A stretch of DNA of 61,958 nucleotides, filler included. It is 16 parts of 16 records of this genome, joined end to end, with 100 filler letters (N's around TTAATTAATTAA, not from the genome) between each part and the next. Parts side by side here need not be neighbours in the genome. Positions count along the whole stretch, not along the records: positions 45,713 to 49,014 come from SRR7504441_143243; positions 49,115 to 54,823 come from SRR7504441_145366; positions 54,924 to 58,384 come from SRR7504441_148291; positions 58,485 to 61,958 come from SRR7504441_151087; 12 more parts are not named here. One strand, 5' to 3'. The notes beneath the pieces were generated by a model. It saw only the letters and a list, made by a program, of their open reading frames with translations, was not told the DNA's origin and ran no database searches. Below are positions 46,767 to 61,958 of the stretch, one piece after another (positions within the stretch are counted from its first letter, which is position 1; each line of letters begins with the position of its first letter). The translations under genes and the position numbers were made by a program.

Positions 46767-47834
46767 CTATGACTGCATACTAGTTAGGCGTCCGCTGGTT
46801 GCGGCTTGCATCATCTTTCCAACTGCCTGCATCATCACACCGCTCTTCACTGCATAATCAGCACCGGTCTCCCCGTAATTGTCCCAGCAATCCATCTTCT
46901 TGCGGAAGGTGCCATTCGAGAACACCGCACCTGTCTGAGGGAACACCGCGATCATGCTGTTCGCCTCTGCCCACTCCGCCAAGCCCACGTTCTTAACATA
47001 AGTATCTCCGAGCGCCGCTTCGTGCATCCCGCACCCATGGAAATTAAAGTGCACTCGGCAGCTGTTCTTTTGGCCTGGTTTGCAGGCGTTCGGTACGTAC
47101 ACTCGCCCTCTGTCCGCCAAGCCTGAATGGTTGCCAGCATAAAGCTGCTGGTCAAACCAACCCCAGTTCTGATCCAAAGTTGGCGCTCTGGGCAGCAGCC
47201 CATTCTGGAACACCCACTGCAGCCCGTGCCCGATGCCGTCGTAGTCGCAGTCATTCAGATACGGCAGCCCGTTGCTGCTGCAGGCCCGGCACGGCGGCAC
47301 TCGGCAGTATTTAGTCGGGACACAGTGTCCTGAGCCCAGCAAATCAACGCCATCGAACACAGCCGCCGCCGCCCCGACGAGGCTCTGATAGAACTCCACT
47401 GTCCTGTTCACCGCGCCCTCGACGTAGCACGTATCGTGCCGGCCGCGCATCACAAACGCTCTCAGCCCGGCCATGTTAGCCAGAGGGTCGATCGTGCCGG
47501 CCGCAGCGGCTGCTCGAGCGTGGCTCACCAGCGCGGAGACATTGATGAGCTCAGGGTGCTTGTTGCACAGGTTTGAGGAGTAGCCCGGGCTGAACCGGTC
47601 GCCGAGTGCCACCATTTCGCAGCTCCACGGCTTGCCAGCGAAGACTGCCACTCCGGCCACTTGGGAGGAGAAGGCCACCGCGAGCTGGTTGGAGAACGCC
47701 GCCCCGCTGGACACCCCGGACAGCGTCACGCCCCTGGAGCCCGCACTGGGTGCGAGGCTAGCCCCCAGCAGCAGCAGGCCAACAAGCATCAGCTGCAGAT
47801 TGATCATCGAAAGAGCCGTTATTCCGGCTGCCAT
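46767..47834 (-). CDS. Secreted poly(3-hydroxybutyrate) depolymerase-like esterase
   Basis: Signal peptide; lipase box SGVSSGA, VYVPNAC, CRVHFNFHGC, WAEAN.MI.VFPQ, CWD. Confidence 0.85.
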   Translation of the reverse strand: MAAGITALSMINLQLMLVGLLLLGASLAPSAGSRGVTLSGVSSGAAFSNQLAVAFSSQVAGVAVFAGKPWSCEMVALGDRFSPGYSSNLCNKHPELINVSALVSHARAAAAAGTIDPLANMAGLRAFVMRGRHDTCYVEGAVNRTVEFYQSLVGAAAAVFDGVDLLGSGHCVPTKYCRVPPCRACSSNGLPYLNDCDYDGIGHGLQWVFQNGLLPRAPTLDQNWGWFDQQLYAGNHSGLADRGRVYVPNACKPGQKNSCRVHFNFHGCGMHEAALGDTYVKNVGLAEWAEANSMIAVFPQTGAVFSNGTFRKKMDCWDNYGETGADYAVKSGVMMQAVGKMMQAATSGRLTSMQS

Positions 47835-48491
47835 GGAGCCCAGGTCCTTTCTTTCCGCCCCATGAGCGTGCTGAGTGCGCCGGTGGATGCAGCGTGCCGT
47901 CTGCCGAGGCCGTCGTGACTGTCGCCCACCCGCCGTGCACCGCCCCGTTCGGGCCCTGGAGACCGCACCTCTACGGTGCCCGGCCCCGGCGCTGGCAGTG
48001 ATTCGTCCCAGGCACAAAGCCGGCGTTCGATGAGTATTTTGTCCGCCAATCCTACCCCATGGGGCTCAACTTCCGGGGCGCCAACGCCGACTACCTCGGC
48101 GACTATCGGGTCACCCATCTGAACCGCCTGAACGCCCACGGGGTGGCGCACCTGCCGCGGTCCGAGGACTTCGGCCCGTTCGGGAGCCCGTACTATGGCA
48201 CTGGCCCGGTTCCGGACCCAGGCAGGTTCCAGGTCCCGGCGGGGGCCTACCCCACCCGGTATGCCAACCGGTCGTCCCCCCCCCAATGATGTAGATGGAG
48301 GCTTTGGATCGAGCTCCTTACCACCGAATATGCAACAAATAAACAGGCAACTACAGGCTCATTGTAAAACTTGTATCACTTGAACCTATATTAATCGTGC
48401 ATTGATCAACAGTGCAGTCCCTAACACGCCCCCCACTCTATCGGCGTCTATGTAATAGCCATCGTCCAATCATCAAGGACTCCGGAAAACG

Positions 48492-49014
48492 CTAACCGAC
48501 AATAATGTTGGCAATATTTCGGTGTTCAATCCTTGTTCGGGTCACGCTTGGGTGGCTCGAGCATGTCCTGGACCGTCCGGATCGCCTGGAACGCAGCTCA
48601 GTCGCAGCTCGGCACCGACTTGGTACCTTGTTGTTCGCTTCGAGCTGCTCGACTAGGTCGGAGTAAAGCTTGGCCGCCTCGGGACTAACACCCTCCACAT
48701 CCGATGGCAGCGCAACACCAACCGTTGCTCCCTGGCCCTCCCGCTCAAGCCAGCCAGCCGGAGCTGCCACCCCGGACGGCTTGGGCGTTGGGGCTTTGGG
48801 CGCGGCCTTCTTCTTTTTGGAGGTCATCGTATCCTTTGAGTCCCATATGCTTGCCGATTGGTCGTTCATTGCCGTGTCCATGAACTTCTCGTACTCCTTC
48901 ATGATCGACTCCTGGTTCTTAGCCATGTGCTCGGGGAGCAGCTGGACAGGGACCGACTTGCCCGACTGGTGCGCCACGTACATCAGGAACTCTTCCCACT
49001 CGATCTCGCCAGAC
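48492..49014 (-). CDS. Hypothetical protein fragment (5' partial)
   Basis: GC-rich open frame running from the contig end; no recognisable motif. Confidence 0.4.
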
Positions 49015-49114
49015 NNNNNNNNNNNNNNNNNNNNNNNNNNNNNNNNNNNNNNNNNNNNTTAATTAATTAANNNNNNNNNNNNNNNNNNNNNNNNNNNNNN
49101 NNNNNNNNNNNNNN

Positions 49115-49144
49115 TAAAGTACGTTAATATATTAACGTACTTTA
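49115..49144. repeat. Perfect 30-nt palindrome at the contig start
   Basis: TAAAGTACGTTAATA-TATTAACGTACTTTA. Confidence 0.85.
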
Positions 49145-49599
49145 ATACGTTCATGTAAAAAAACATATTGAGAAAGTTTATTTTAATAATGTCACATGTA
49201 AATATAAAGAACTACTAAAAGAGGATTTTGAAAACCTTTCTTTATTTCTTAGTGAAGAAAAAAGGTTACTTTTTTGTTTAGATGATAAAGTTCGGATAAA
49301 TCTTGATAAACCTACTGAAAATAAAGATCATTTTATTATATATGAAGTTAAACTTCGAAAACGTAAAAGATATTATTTATTCATAAAAAGACTAGAAGGT
49401 CTAGAATAACAATTTACAAGTAAAACAGTAACTTATAGCTACACTATTAGGCGTTAATTCATTCAAACAAGGATACTTTTGTATTTTATTGGTTTTATAG
49501 TCATATTAAAAAATGAGCGAAAGAGAACTTGTAATAATTTCTATTGTCTCTTCTTTAAACCTAATATATTATATTGTGCAGCGGGCAATTCTTTTCTAA

Positions 49600-50315
49600 T
49601 AACTTCTTTATTATATTCAATAAAACTTGTTCTATAGATGAAGAATAATAGTTAGTATCATTATCAATTAGTTTTGTTATAGCATACCCTGAAAATCTCT
49701 TTAAGGTATCATTTGAAATCCTTTATCATATTTATAGCTCCGCCCCTAAAATTACTATACTTTGATAAGTATTTGTAATTGAGTTTGGCCTAATAGCTGG
49801 AGTATTATCGGCAATATTTATAATAGGAACTACCATAGCTGCAGTAATTTTGGGACAGTTAGAATATCCCTGAATTATTTGTTTTTTACAGGTGTGTTTC
49901 TATAAAAAATTATGTGAAACTCTGCCAAACAAGTTAATACTATTCCAGCCATTATCAAACAATAACCAAAAAAAAGAAAAAAACCTATATCGTCAGGGGC
50001 ACGTTCTAATGAATAAAGACTTACTTTTGATATTTCAGTCATAGAATATGCAACACTAAGCGTTCCAAGGACATAAAGCCCGCGACAAAAATATGTTAAA
50101 TATATGAGATCTTTATCGTCAGACCAATGATTTTCGATAATTTCACGATCATTCTTGAAGGCAGCAATTCTGGCCTTACCATATTCAGTATTTTTCAAAA
50201 AATGAAAAATTCTGAAAGAGATTACAGAGATGATAAATTTATATTGTTCAAAAAAGACAAATAGGACAATTAACATCAAACTAATTACATTTATGTAATT
50301 GGATAGTACTAACAA
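49600..50315 (-). pseudogene. Apparently frameshifted hydrophobic mitochondrial ORF
   Basis: 146-aa hydrophobic ORF stops after RNTPVKNK in an A-rich tract; protein-like text continues in another frame (IIQGYSNCPKITAAMVVP...) with further stops. Confidence 0.4.
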
Positions 50316-50574
50316 AACCTTTTTAACTATTTCTAAAATTTTTTTTATTCAAAGCATTCATTCTTATACTTTTATACATTTAGTACGAATATGTTTGGTT
50401 TTCATATTGAAGGGTTTATTATTTTGAAGTACCCTTCTACTGATTTACTTTTATTTATACATTAAAGTTATTTTAAATAATGTCTCCTACACGTTTTATG
50501 AGTAATTAGTTGCCTTAACGTGCTTAAAAGTGACCTAAATATCATTATATTCTACTAGTAAAAACTAATTGTTG

Positions 50575-50604
50575 TAAATACTAACCTTTCTAGGTTAGTA
50601 TTTA
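50575..50604 (-). terminator. 13-bp stem hairpin just downstream of rns (terminator or processing signal)
   Basis: TAAATACTAACCT-ttct-AGGTTAGTATTTA, about 20 nt beyond the rRNA 3' end. Confidence 0.55.
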
Positions 50605-50622
50605 TCTTATGTGTTTTTCCAT

Positions 50623-52220
<1,598 letters not shown>

Positions 52221-52565
52221 ATATTTAAATAGCATATAAGATACTATTATTCTGTTATAATGTCCTAAAATAATTTGTTCCTAAGAACTGATGTTTGATT
52301 ACCCTATATTCTTGACGGGTGTGAAATAATAAAAAGTATTCCAATAAGAAAAATCAACGCCCGCTAATTTTGTTTTAGGCGATTGTTCATAGTAAAATTA
52401 TAGTAATTTACTTTATTTTTTAAGTATTCTTTCTATTCTTTTTAACTTATTTATCATAATAGAATTTTGATTAGTTGAAGTGTCTACTCTCCATTTGGGC
52501 CAAAAACAAATAACTAATATAATCCAAAATGTTTCGACCTAACTAATTAGTGGAATTTCCTTAAA

Positions 52566-53189
52566 CTACTTCTTTCTAGATAATTCTTCTATTTGTTTGG
52601 ATAATTCTTCATTTTTTTCTGTTAAAAAATTAACCTTTTCTGTTAGAGTTCCTATTTCGTTTATTAAGGCCTCTATTTGCGAATTAAGTGAGTTATTATC
52701 AAGCACAGCCGTCTGTTTTATAAGGCTAAGTGACTTATTTATTGCAATAAACATCTCTGATGTTCTAGTGGCCCAGTCGGTAACTAATCCCACTGTTCTT
52801 AGATTTTCTAAAACAATACAATCTATATAGAAAATATAAACAAGTATCACCGAAGCATATAAAAAGAAAAATAAGGCAGTCTTATCCGTAATGATGAAAA
52901 GTGAGGCTAGTCTTGGATTTTCCACAAAAACTCCTTCTTTTTGAAATAAATTCTGAAGCAGTTTGACATTAATTAAAGAAAATAAGGTAAATAACCAAAA
53001 ACAGAAAATTAGATAAATTTCATTTCCGGACCCAACAGTAACCTCAATAAAGAGATCTAAAGAATTTGTTAATGAATTCCATGATGAATCCCAAAAATTC
53101 TCTTCGCTCGCACTAAATAAACTTGTTTTATTTTCATTGACTACGATTTGGGTTTGTTGACCCTGGTTTTCTAAGAGTATGTCTGCCAT
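52566..53189 (-). CDS. Mitochondrial ORF207, two hydrophobic segments plus C-terminal coiled coil
   Basis: Intact ATG-started 207-aa ORF in AT-rich DNA; Trp is coded by TGG; no similarity I recognise. Confidence 0.6.
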   Translation of the reverse strand: MADILLENQGQQTQIVVNENKTSLFSASEENFWDSSWNSLTNSLDLFIEVTVGSGNEIYLIFCFWLFTLFSLINVKLLQNLFQKEGVFVENPRLASLFIITDKTALFFFLYASVILVYIFYIDCIVLENLRTVGLVTDWATRTSEMFIAINKSLSLIKQTAVLDNNSLNSQIEALINEIGTLTEKVNFLTEKNEELSKQIEELSRKK

Positions 53190-53422
53190 TTTGTCTTCAT
53201 GAATTCTTTTTTGAAGTGCGAGTTCATGAGCGTGCTGTAATTTTTACAGCATTTTCCATACCTTTTTTTGCACAATAAGCCCCTAAGATACCACTACCTA
53301 CAGTCATGGTGTGTTTTATATATTTTGATCCAAACATGCTTTTTAAAGCTTTTTTTAAATTGTTATTATTTCTTTGTTGTTTCACTATATATGTATAAGA
53401 AATAAAAAAGAAATAGATGGAA

Positions 53423-53496
53423 CGGGAAAGACGAGATTCGAACTCGCGACGTCTAGCGTGACAGGCTAGCACTCTAACCAACTGAGTTACTTCCCC
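53423..53496 (-). tRNA. trnD: tRNA-Asp(GUC)
   Basis: GGGGAAGTAACTCAGTTGGTTAGAG...CT-GTC-AC...GTTCGAATC...TTTCCCG cloverleaf. Confidence 0.95.
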
Positions 53497-53510
53497 TTAT
53501 TATTATTTTA

Positions 53511-53583
53511 TATCCCTTACGGGACTTGAACCCGTGTTGTCCGCGTGAAAGGCGAGCATCCTAACCAACTAGATGAAAGGGAC
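53511..53583 (-). tRNA. trnE: tRNA-Glu(UUC)
   Basis: GTCCCTTTCATCTAGTTGGTTAGGA...CT-TTC-AC...GGTTCAAGTCC...AAGGGATA. Confidence 0.95.
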
Positions 53584-53643
53584 ACGTTTATGCTTGTATA
53601 GGAATTAAACTTTATATAAATCTTATTTTATTAAATCTAATTG

Positions 53644-53717
53644 TACATTCGATAGGATTCGAACCTATGACCGATAGCTTAGAAGGCTATTGCTCTATCC
53701 TGCTGAGCTACGAACGC
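53644..53717 (-). tRNA. trnR: tRNA-Arg(UCU)
   Basis: GCGTTCGTAGCTCAGCAGGATAGAGC...CT-TCT-AA...GGTTCGAATCC...CGAATGTA. Confidence 0.95.
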
Positions 53718-53882
53718 ATTTGTAAATAGCAAAGTTTATGCAATGATCCTTTTTCATATCTACATTTTACTTTTCAAACTAAAAGAATTCTAAGAAAAAG
53801 CGTATGTCTGGACTTTGTATAGATATACAACTAATAAAATAGTGTACTTAACCTAGTAAAAAAATATGGTTTTTATCCAAAG

Positions 53883-53955
53883 TAGGCTTAGTAGGACTCG
53901 AACCTACGCTCTAACCCTTATGAGGGGCCTGTTTTACCAACTAAACTATAAGCCC
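53883..53955 (-). tRNA. trnI: tRNA with CAU anticodon, probably tRNA-Ile(CAU, lysidine type)
   Basis: GGGCTTATAGTTTAGTTGGT...CT-CAT-AA...GTAGGTTCGAGTCCTACTAAGCCTA; the GGGCTTATAGTTTA start matches mitochondrial trnI(cau) as I recall it. Confidence 0.85.
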
Positions 53956-55126
53956 TTGTTTGTTTAAGTACCTTTTATGTCACTGCTAATTCTTTATCAT
54001 TTGTTTCCTGTATATAAGAAATAAATTTAACTTTTTAATATATATAAAATATACTTACATATATGAATAAGATATCGTTAAAAATCTGAATTATGGCGTA
54101 TATCTTTGATAAGAAAAACGTTAAACCAATTTTAAATGAATTGGGTATAAATATAAAAAAAGATGTTATCTTTCAAATTCTTATAATGGATAAAAAACAA
54201 GAGAAAATCTTTTTCAAATAATTTGTAAAAATCTATAAGGAACTCTTGTTTAAAGGTGACTTTATACAATTAACGTCAAAGAATCAACGTTGTTGGCATG
54301 GACGACTTACGTAACATCGTATACATAAACGTATATAGGGTTTCGTCGAATTGGTACGATACACTTTCAATATAGAAAAAGATTATCGTATTACAAAATA
54401 TTCTTTAAGAATATATCAAAATCAATATTATAAAAATAAATCTTTAGTGTATAAATGGAAACTTTTTTACGTTTCTTTAAAAGGTTTTGAGGTTATATCT
54501 AAGCTATTATAAATTTATTTATTCTTATAGGGAACAAATAATAAAAAGTTAGCGTGTATATAAGAAGATACTTAAGTTTAGAGCTTACAGCGCACTGCGG
54601 GGTCCCTTAAAGTTTTGCGTAAAAAGTTTTCTTTAATATTGTGAAATCAACTTTTACAAAACCTCAGGAAAATTAATAAAGAAACCAAAATATGCTTATA
54701 CATTCTACAAAGCAATAATTACTATATCGGTGTGCAAGTCATTCATTCCATGATGAATAGAAATAATACATGAAAGTGATACGTCGAAATATAGTAAAGT
54801 CAAATAAGATCAAACAAAAAGTANNNNNNNNNNNNNNNNNNNNNNNNNNNNNNNNNNNNNNNNNNNNTTAATTAATTAANNNNNNNNNNNNNNNNNNNNN
54901 NNNNNNNNNNNNNNNNNNNNNNNTAAGCGGTAAAAAAGCCCCAAATTAGCTGCCGCAAAGGGTCAATGCTCATGAGATACTGTAGCGCATCTGCTACGAT
55001 TTTTTAAGATCTAGATCCGGCTGACTTTTTTTCAAACTAAGTCTCCAAGCACAGTATAACTGAAAGTATCACTAAAAGAATCCGCACAATCCAGTTCGAT
55101 GCTGAGGTGGCTTTAGAGGTGGCTCT

Positions 55127-58100
55127 TCAGAATGCCGTAGTCCGATTGTTGCTGTTGACCTGATCCCACCATGAGAGCAAGACCAATGGTTGTATGGGTG
55201 CCTGTCCGAGGGTGTTTGTAGTCACAACAACATTGTTAGGCATATCTAGCACATCCTCTCCAGGGGCTGCTGTCCCCTCATCCTCCTCGTCCTCTGTGTT
55301 TCTCGGCGACCACCCCTACACCAGATAAGATAGGTTACGGCTGTTGACCTAGAGCCTAGCCTGGGGCGCAGCTCACCTGGCCTGTTTCAGTCCGCTTCAA
55401 GCCCATTGACCTCCTTCCCAACCCGTCCCGACCATCTGGTCTGACCCCCACCATCCGGCCCAACCCAGCCACGGCGTCTGCCATTGACTGCTGGAACTTA
55501 CTGCTTATATAACTGGCAGTCCCCTCTGTGTGTGCTGGATCTAGCTCCGACGCGCGGAGGAACTGGTCATCGCCAATCTTTTCGCGAAACAGCCCACGTA
55601 GCGCATCATTCACATTCTTGGGTGCCCACACAATCGGCTCTTTGGTCAGCTCAAGTGACTTAGCCAGAAGGAAGTCCTGGTCGCGGTAGAAGCCGTGGAA
55701 GATTGTATACCCGCCGATCACCTCGATCCGAACACACTCGTTGAAGGCGTGACGCAGGGCTATGTCTGGGATGACCAGGCTCTGCAGGATATTGTCCGGG
55801 TCAATCAACTCCTCAAACGCTAAGTTAAACTGCAAGAAGCGATCAGCTATCTCCATTTCAAAACCGAGCTGAGCTTGTTCCTCCTCGCTGAGCGCAGGAC
55901 CAAAGCAGCGCGATTTGCCTGTCTTGAGCGTCACAAGGTCCGGGTTCTGCCAGACAGCATCGAGCATGCTGCCAAACGCCTCCCACTTGAATACCTTGGC
56001 ATACTCGACCGCTTTAGGCCTCACCAATCGGATGGCCTCCTCGATGGCCTGTGCCGATTGCTGGTGCAGCTCGAGGCAGTTATCCTTCAGGTTGATCCTG
56101 TATTGCACAAGACTGTCCCAGATGTATTTATAATTGTTCATCAGGAAGAACGCTTTCATGGCTAGTGAGCTGTAGCCAGATCGGGCAGCCCTTTCAAAGT
56201 TAATGAGCACCCCCATTACTAATTTAGTCAGGATGTCGCCCCAGCTGACACTCTCAGCATCATTCCCATACTCCTGCTTCAGCACCGCATTGTGTTTATC
56301 CAGAAGCCACAAAATCATCTCGGAGTAGCCAAAACTCAATTCGCGCAGAAAGCTCATTGCAAGCGGTCCGACTGGCTGGAGTGTCCCGTTTTCTGGTGGC
56401 GGGTGGTCATCCTTCTTTGCAAACTTGCGGTCCAATTTCAGAAATCTCTTGATGAGCTTCTTGACCACACTAACAACTAGCCCATGCCACTCGTTTAGAA
56501 GCTTCTGCTCTGGATCCCCGTGCAGCGCGTTGTACGCGTCGGCTGCATGCTCAAGCGGCACATGCAGCACCTCGTGCCACTGGCCGGTCATATCCCTGAT
56601 CTGCCCGAGCATGTCCAGCCCTATCAATTGCGAGTTGGGCGACGTCTTGGGCGCCTGCCCGCCAATCAACCACACGATGCCAGCCGAATGCTTGCTTGCA
56701 AGATAATGCTTTTGCTCTTCTCGACAAATTTGTGAAACTCTGGCCCGACCTGCCATTTTGTCCCACCCAGGCGGCCCAAGCAGCCACGCACCACCATCGG
56801 GAACACTGCGCGGAAGAGCGGGATGCCGAGCAGCTTGACCAGCTCGCGCTCCTTGGCAAAGCAGCTGCCCCGCAGACTGACCAATCAGGCATGCGCATGC
56901 CCACCGGAGCATCAGGTGCAAGTACACAGTGTAGCCGTAGCTGCCTGGCCGATACAGCAGCGCCTCGATGCTCCCGTCCAGGTCCTTGTCCTTCAGGCAA
57001 ATCTTTTCTATCAGAGCGCACTGGTTTGTAAACCCAATTGCCTGCCGACCTCAGCTCAGCACCAACAGCCACCCTCGGCTTACCCGTTTCTTGGCGAATT
57101 CGAGCGGCCGGAGCGTTTTGAGCTGGAGCATCAGCTGGATCTGCCAGCGGTGGTTGACCCGGTTAAGCATCAGTGGCAATCACCAGGTGCATTATGTTCT
57201 TGTACGCGTACTGATCGTAAGTAAGCTTCTCGACCAGCAGGTCAAGCAGCCCGTCCACCTGCCGAGCATCACACACGAGCTCCCAGCCGGCTGCCTTGCT
57301 GTCTATCAGCCTATCCTGGTTGGCCGCCAGTGCGTTGTGCAGCAGCAGCTCAAACATCTCGACCATCTCCCGAGTGGGTGCCTGGCACAGGATCTTGTCG
57401 AGCGAGTCCACAAACCTGTTGAACAGGGCCTCCTCCACACGGGCGGTGTTCTGATTGATCTTATCAAGCTTGTCCTGCCCCAGTCTCGTGGGTTGGCTCG
57501 ACGGTGGGTCGCGCCTGCGCCCCACGCATCTGATGCTCCTCGTCCTGCTCCTCAAAGAATTGCTTTGAGTCGAGCATCTGCAGCCCACTCACCCAGCCCT
57601 GGCTGCAAAATCTGCCTGCTGCAACCGCTCGATCCAGTCGGACGTGATCCCGTGCTCAGAGGCTATTGTTCCGCTGGTCGGGTCCAGTACCTGCGCCGCC
57701 GCTGGACCGGCAGCAGCCTGGGCCGGCCGCCTCCTCCACCGCGGTGAACTTGCGCAACACACACTCAGCCTGCTCGACCTACCACCGGCTCCCGCCCGGC
57801 CAGCTGGGCAGGCACTGTGCTGTGTATATTGGCGTGCACCAGCCGGAGTGCGTTACTTTCACCCTTCATCTTGCGCACCAGCGCGGAGAGAGAATCGAAC
57901 ACGTCGTCAACCATGTCGATCTGCATGATAGCCTCTGCAGTACTCGCCTGTCCTGCGTCGCCCCAAGGTCTCGGCCAGCAGCGCGCCTTGGCAGCCGCCA
58001 TAGACTGGCGCACGAACGACAGCCGCTCGCCGCCGCGCCCAGTGCGTGCCTGCTGGTAGCCGATCGAGCCATTATCACCTGGGGCTAGGGCGGTCGCACC

Positions 58101-58144
58101 CAGTTCTCTGAGGTCAAGAACAGCTCGTCGGCCCGCCGGTCCAT
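55127..58144 (-). CDS. EXO70: Exocyst subunit Exo70-like protein (multi-exon)
   Basis: FFLMNNYKYI, DRFLQFNLAFEEL, VIPDIALR...VIGGYTIF...Y and LRGLF motifs; helical N-terminal exons; 3' end approximate. Confidence 0.75.
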
Positions 58145-59335
58145 CTCACGCGAGAGCTGCCGCGTGCAGCGCCGCGTGGATCTCCTCTGTGCTGTCAGGT
58201 GGATGATTAGCGGAGCTCCTCTGTGCTCCTCTGTGGGCCAGCCAGCAGCGTCGCCACCAGAGCCCAAGACGGCCCAAGAGCGAGGGATTTCGCGCCACAA
58301 ACGGAAGGCTCCAACTATAGTACTATAGCTATAGCGCTAGTGGTGTATGCATATTAACCTCGTCAACCTAGCCGAAAGCTAATGNNNNNNNNNNNNNNNN
58401 NNNNNNNNNNNNNNNNNNNNNNNNNNNNTTAATTAATTAANNNNNNNNNNNNNNNNNNNNNNNNNNNNNNNNNNNNNNNNNNNNAGTCAACAAGCCATAT
58501 GCCATCAACTCACCAGGACTGCATAGCCGGCCGGCCGGCCAAACCAATGTGAGCCCAGACCGGCGGTGAGCTTGGAAGGAGTCATCCGAGTAAACGTCCG
58601 CGCTTTGCACGGGCAGCAAGAACGACTCGTCTAGTACAAAATGGTTGCTTGTCGGGCGGCGTGGAGTGCGACTACATGACACATTGTACGCAAAAATACC
58701 TTTTGATAATAATTATATATTACATGATTGTACCGATTACATGAAGTGCCTTCTTTATTGTGATTTAATTAAGAACCCTATGCACTACACGTCGTTTACA
58801 CGTAGTCGCGTACAGCTGTACAGAACGTGTACGTAAAATCAATGTAGCCGGCTTGCTACACTCCGATTACATGTACGTGATTTTATTGACTGTTCAGTCA
58901 CCGGCTAGAGTTGCAATATTGTGCGGATCGCACACGAAATATCCGAAATCGTATCCTCTTCCGTCTCTTTCTGAGCTAATGAACCTGCCACGGTCTCGGC
59001 CCAGCCAGGTCAGCTACTCACTGTCCATGTTGGCGGCAAGCGCGTTTGCCAGATTGCACAATGTATGTGGCAGCTGCAGCTGTGTGTCCTCATGCTGGGG
59101 CCAACCACTCAGCCCGCCGCCTCACCCCACCCACCTGTCTGCCTTGCGAGCCTAGCAGCGCAGCCAAAGACTGCCGGTCCATGCACCGGCCGCCCCAGGC
59201 AAACCCCTCCGCGCACACCTGTCACCCGCTCAAACTACCGACCTATGCTAGCGGTTATCCCACCTGATCAAGAGATAAAAACGGGAGTGCGACAATTTCG
59301 GAGCGCGCTGCTAGCCGACTCAGCTGGCCCCACCA

Positions 59336-61378
<2,043 letters not shown>

Positions 61379-61443
61379 GTGTATTCGTATATTTGACCTC
61401 TGCTTGAATTATGAACTAGCGGGCGTGCCGAGCGAACAAAGAC

Positions 61444-61958
61444 ATGTCGAAGTCCCTGTTCCTGACGAGCCTGCTCGCGCTGCTGGTGCTGCCGGTAGTC
61501 GCCAAGAGGTTACCCGAGATCTGCGCCGAGCACTGCGGCTCGACCGGCATCCTCCCCCGACTGACAAACAGCACCTGCCGCGCGCTGTGCAAAAACACGC
61601 TGGGCCTTGTCTCCAAGCAGTGCGACGCCAGCCTCAGCGCCTGGCACTCGACCGACAATATGACCGGAGCACAGGCCGCGTCGGCCTCGGCCAACCTGGT
61701 GGCCTGGTTCGACATGCTAGCCCGGCTGAACAGCGTAGACGACGCAGCCAAGGAGCAGCTGGTGATCAAAGGCTACCTCAAGCAGTTCGGCTCGTACGAC
61801 ATGTGTGCCGAGCTCGACGGGGCACACTACTGCCCGGTCAAACTGGACTCGCCGGCGCTCGCTAGCACCATGGGCGGAATGAGCCTGGGGGCTGTGGGGC
61901 TGTGCATGCCGGCTTCATGTTCGGCGAGCGACGTCCAGGCGGTCTGGTCTCAGATGCT
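61444..61958 (+). CDS. NRF-domain (nrf-6-like acyltransferase) N-terminus, 3' partial; missing from the ORF track
   Basis: Open frame to the window end: signal peptide MSKSLFLTSLLALLVLPVVA, then FGSYDMC...HYC...GLCMPASCSASD. Confidence 0.7.
   Translation, partial: MSKSLFLTSLLALLVLPVVAKRLPEICAEHCGSTGILPRLTNSTCRALCKNTLGLVSKQCDASLSAWHSTDNMTGAQAASASANLVAWFDMLARLNSVDDAAKEQLVIKGYLKQFGSYDMCAELDGAHYCPVKLDSPALASTMGGMSLGAVGLCMPASCSASDVQAVWSQM

Noticed and set aside
53224-53481. 85-aa ORF from the ORF track
   Set aside because: Its start lies within tRNA-Asp; it is most likely spurious.
53790-54700. Possible mitochondrial rnpB, ssrA or 5S RNA
   Set aside because: Only partial motif resemblances (AAAGTCC; AAAATATGCTTA) on opposite strands; a covariance-model search would be needed.

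Overview
The window is not one locus. It is 16 short contigs (about 3.3-5.7 kb) joined by artificial 100-nt spacers (N44-TTAATTAATTAA-N44), so gene adjacency across spacers means nothing. Fifteen contigs are nuclear DNA of a gene-dense eukaryotic microbe with very short (about 37-50 nt) spliceosomal introns, several with apparent GC donors. One contig (49115-54823) is AT-rich mitochondrial-type DNA with SSU rRNA and four tRNAs. Recognisable genes include TOP3A, an SRPK kinase, an STE20 kinase, Exo70, a Y-family polymerase start, GH3 and GH116 glycosidases, a PHB-depolymerase-like esterase, a double-domain CREG and two alpha/beta hydrolases. The best candidate for a new system is a single polypeptide fusing a HAD-IIB phosphatase, an alphaproteobacterial SqdD-type GT8 glycosyltransferase and a bacterial-type SqdB UDP-sulfoquinovose synthase (4486-7460), with a predicted spliceosomal intron. 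Also notable are an AT-less PKS fragment (LCM methyltransferase-ACP-KS-HMG-CoA synthase in cis) and a large repeat/kringle/nested-lectin fibre-like protein. All family calls come from motif recognition by eye; no searches were run.
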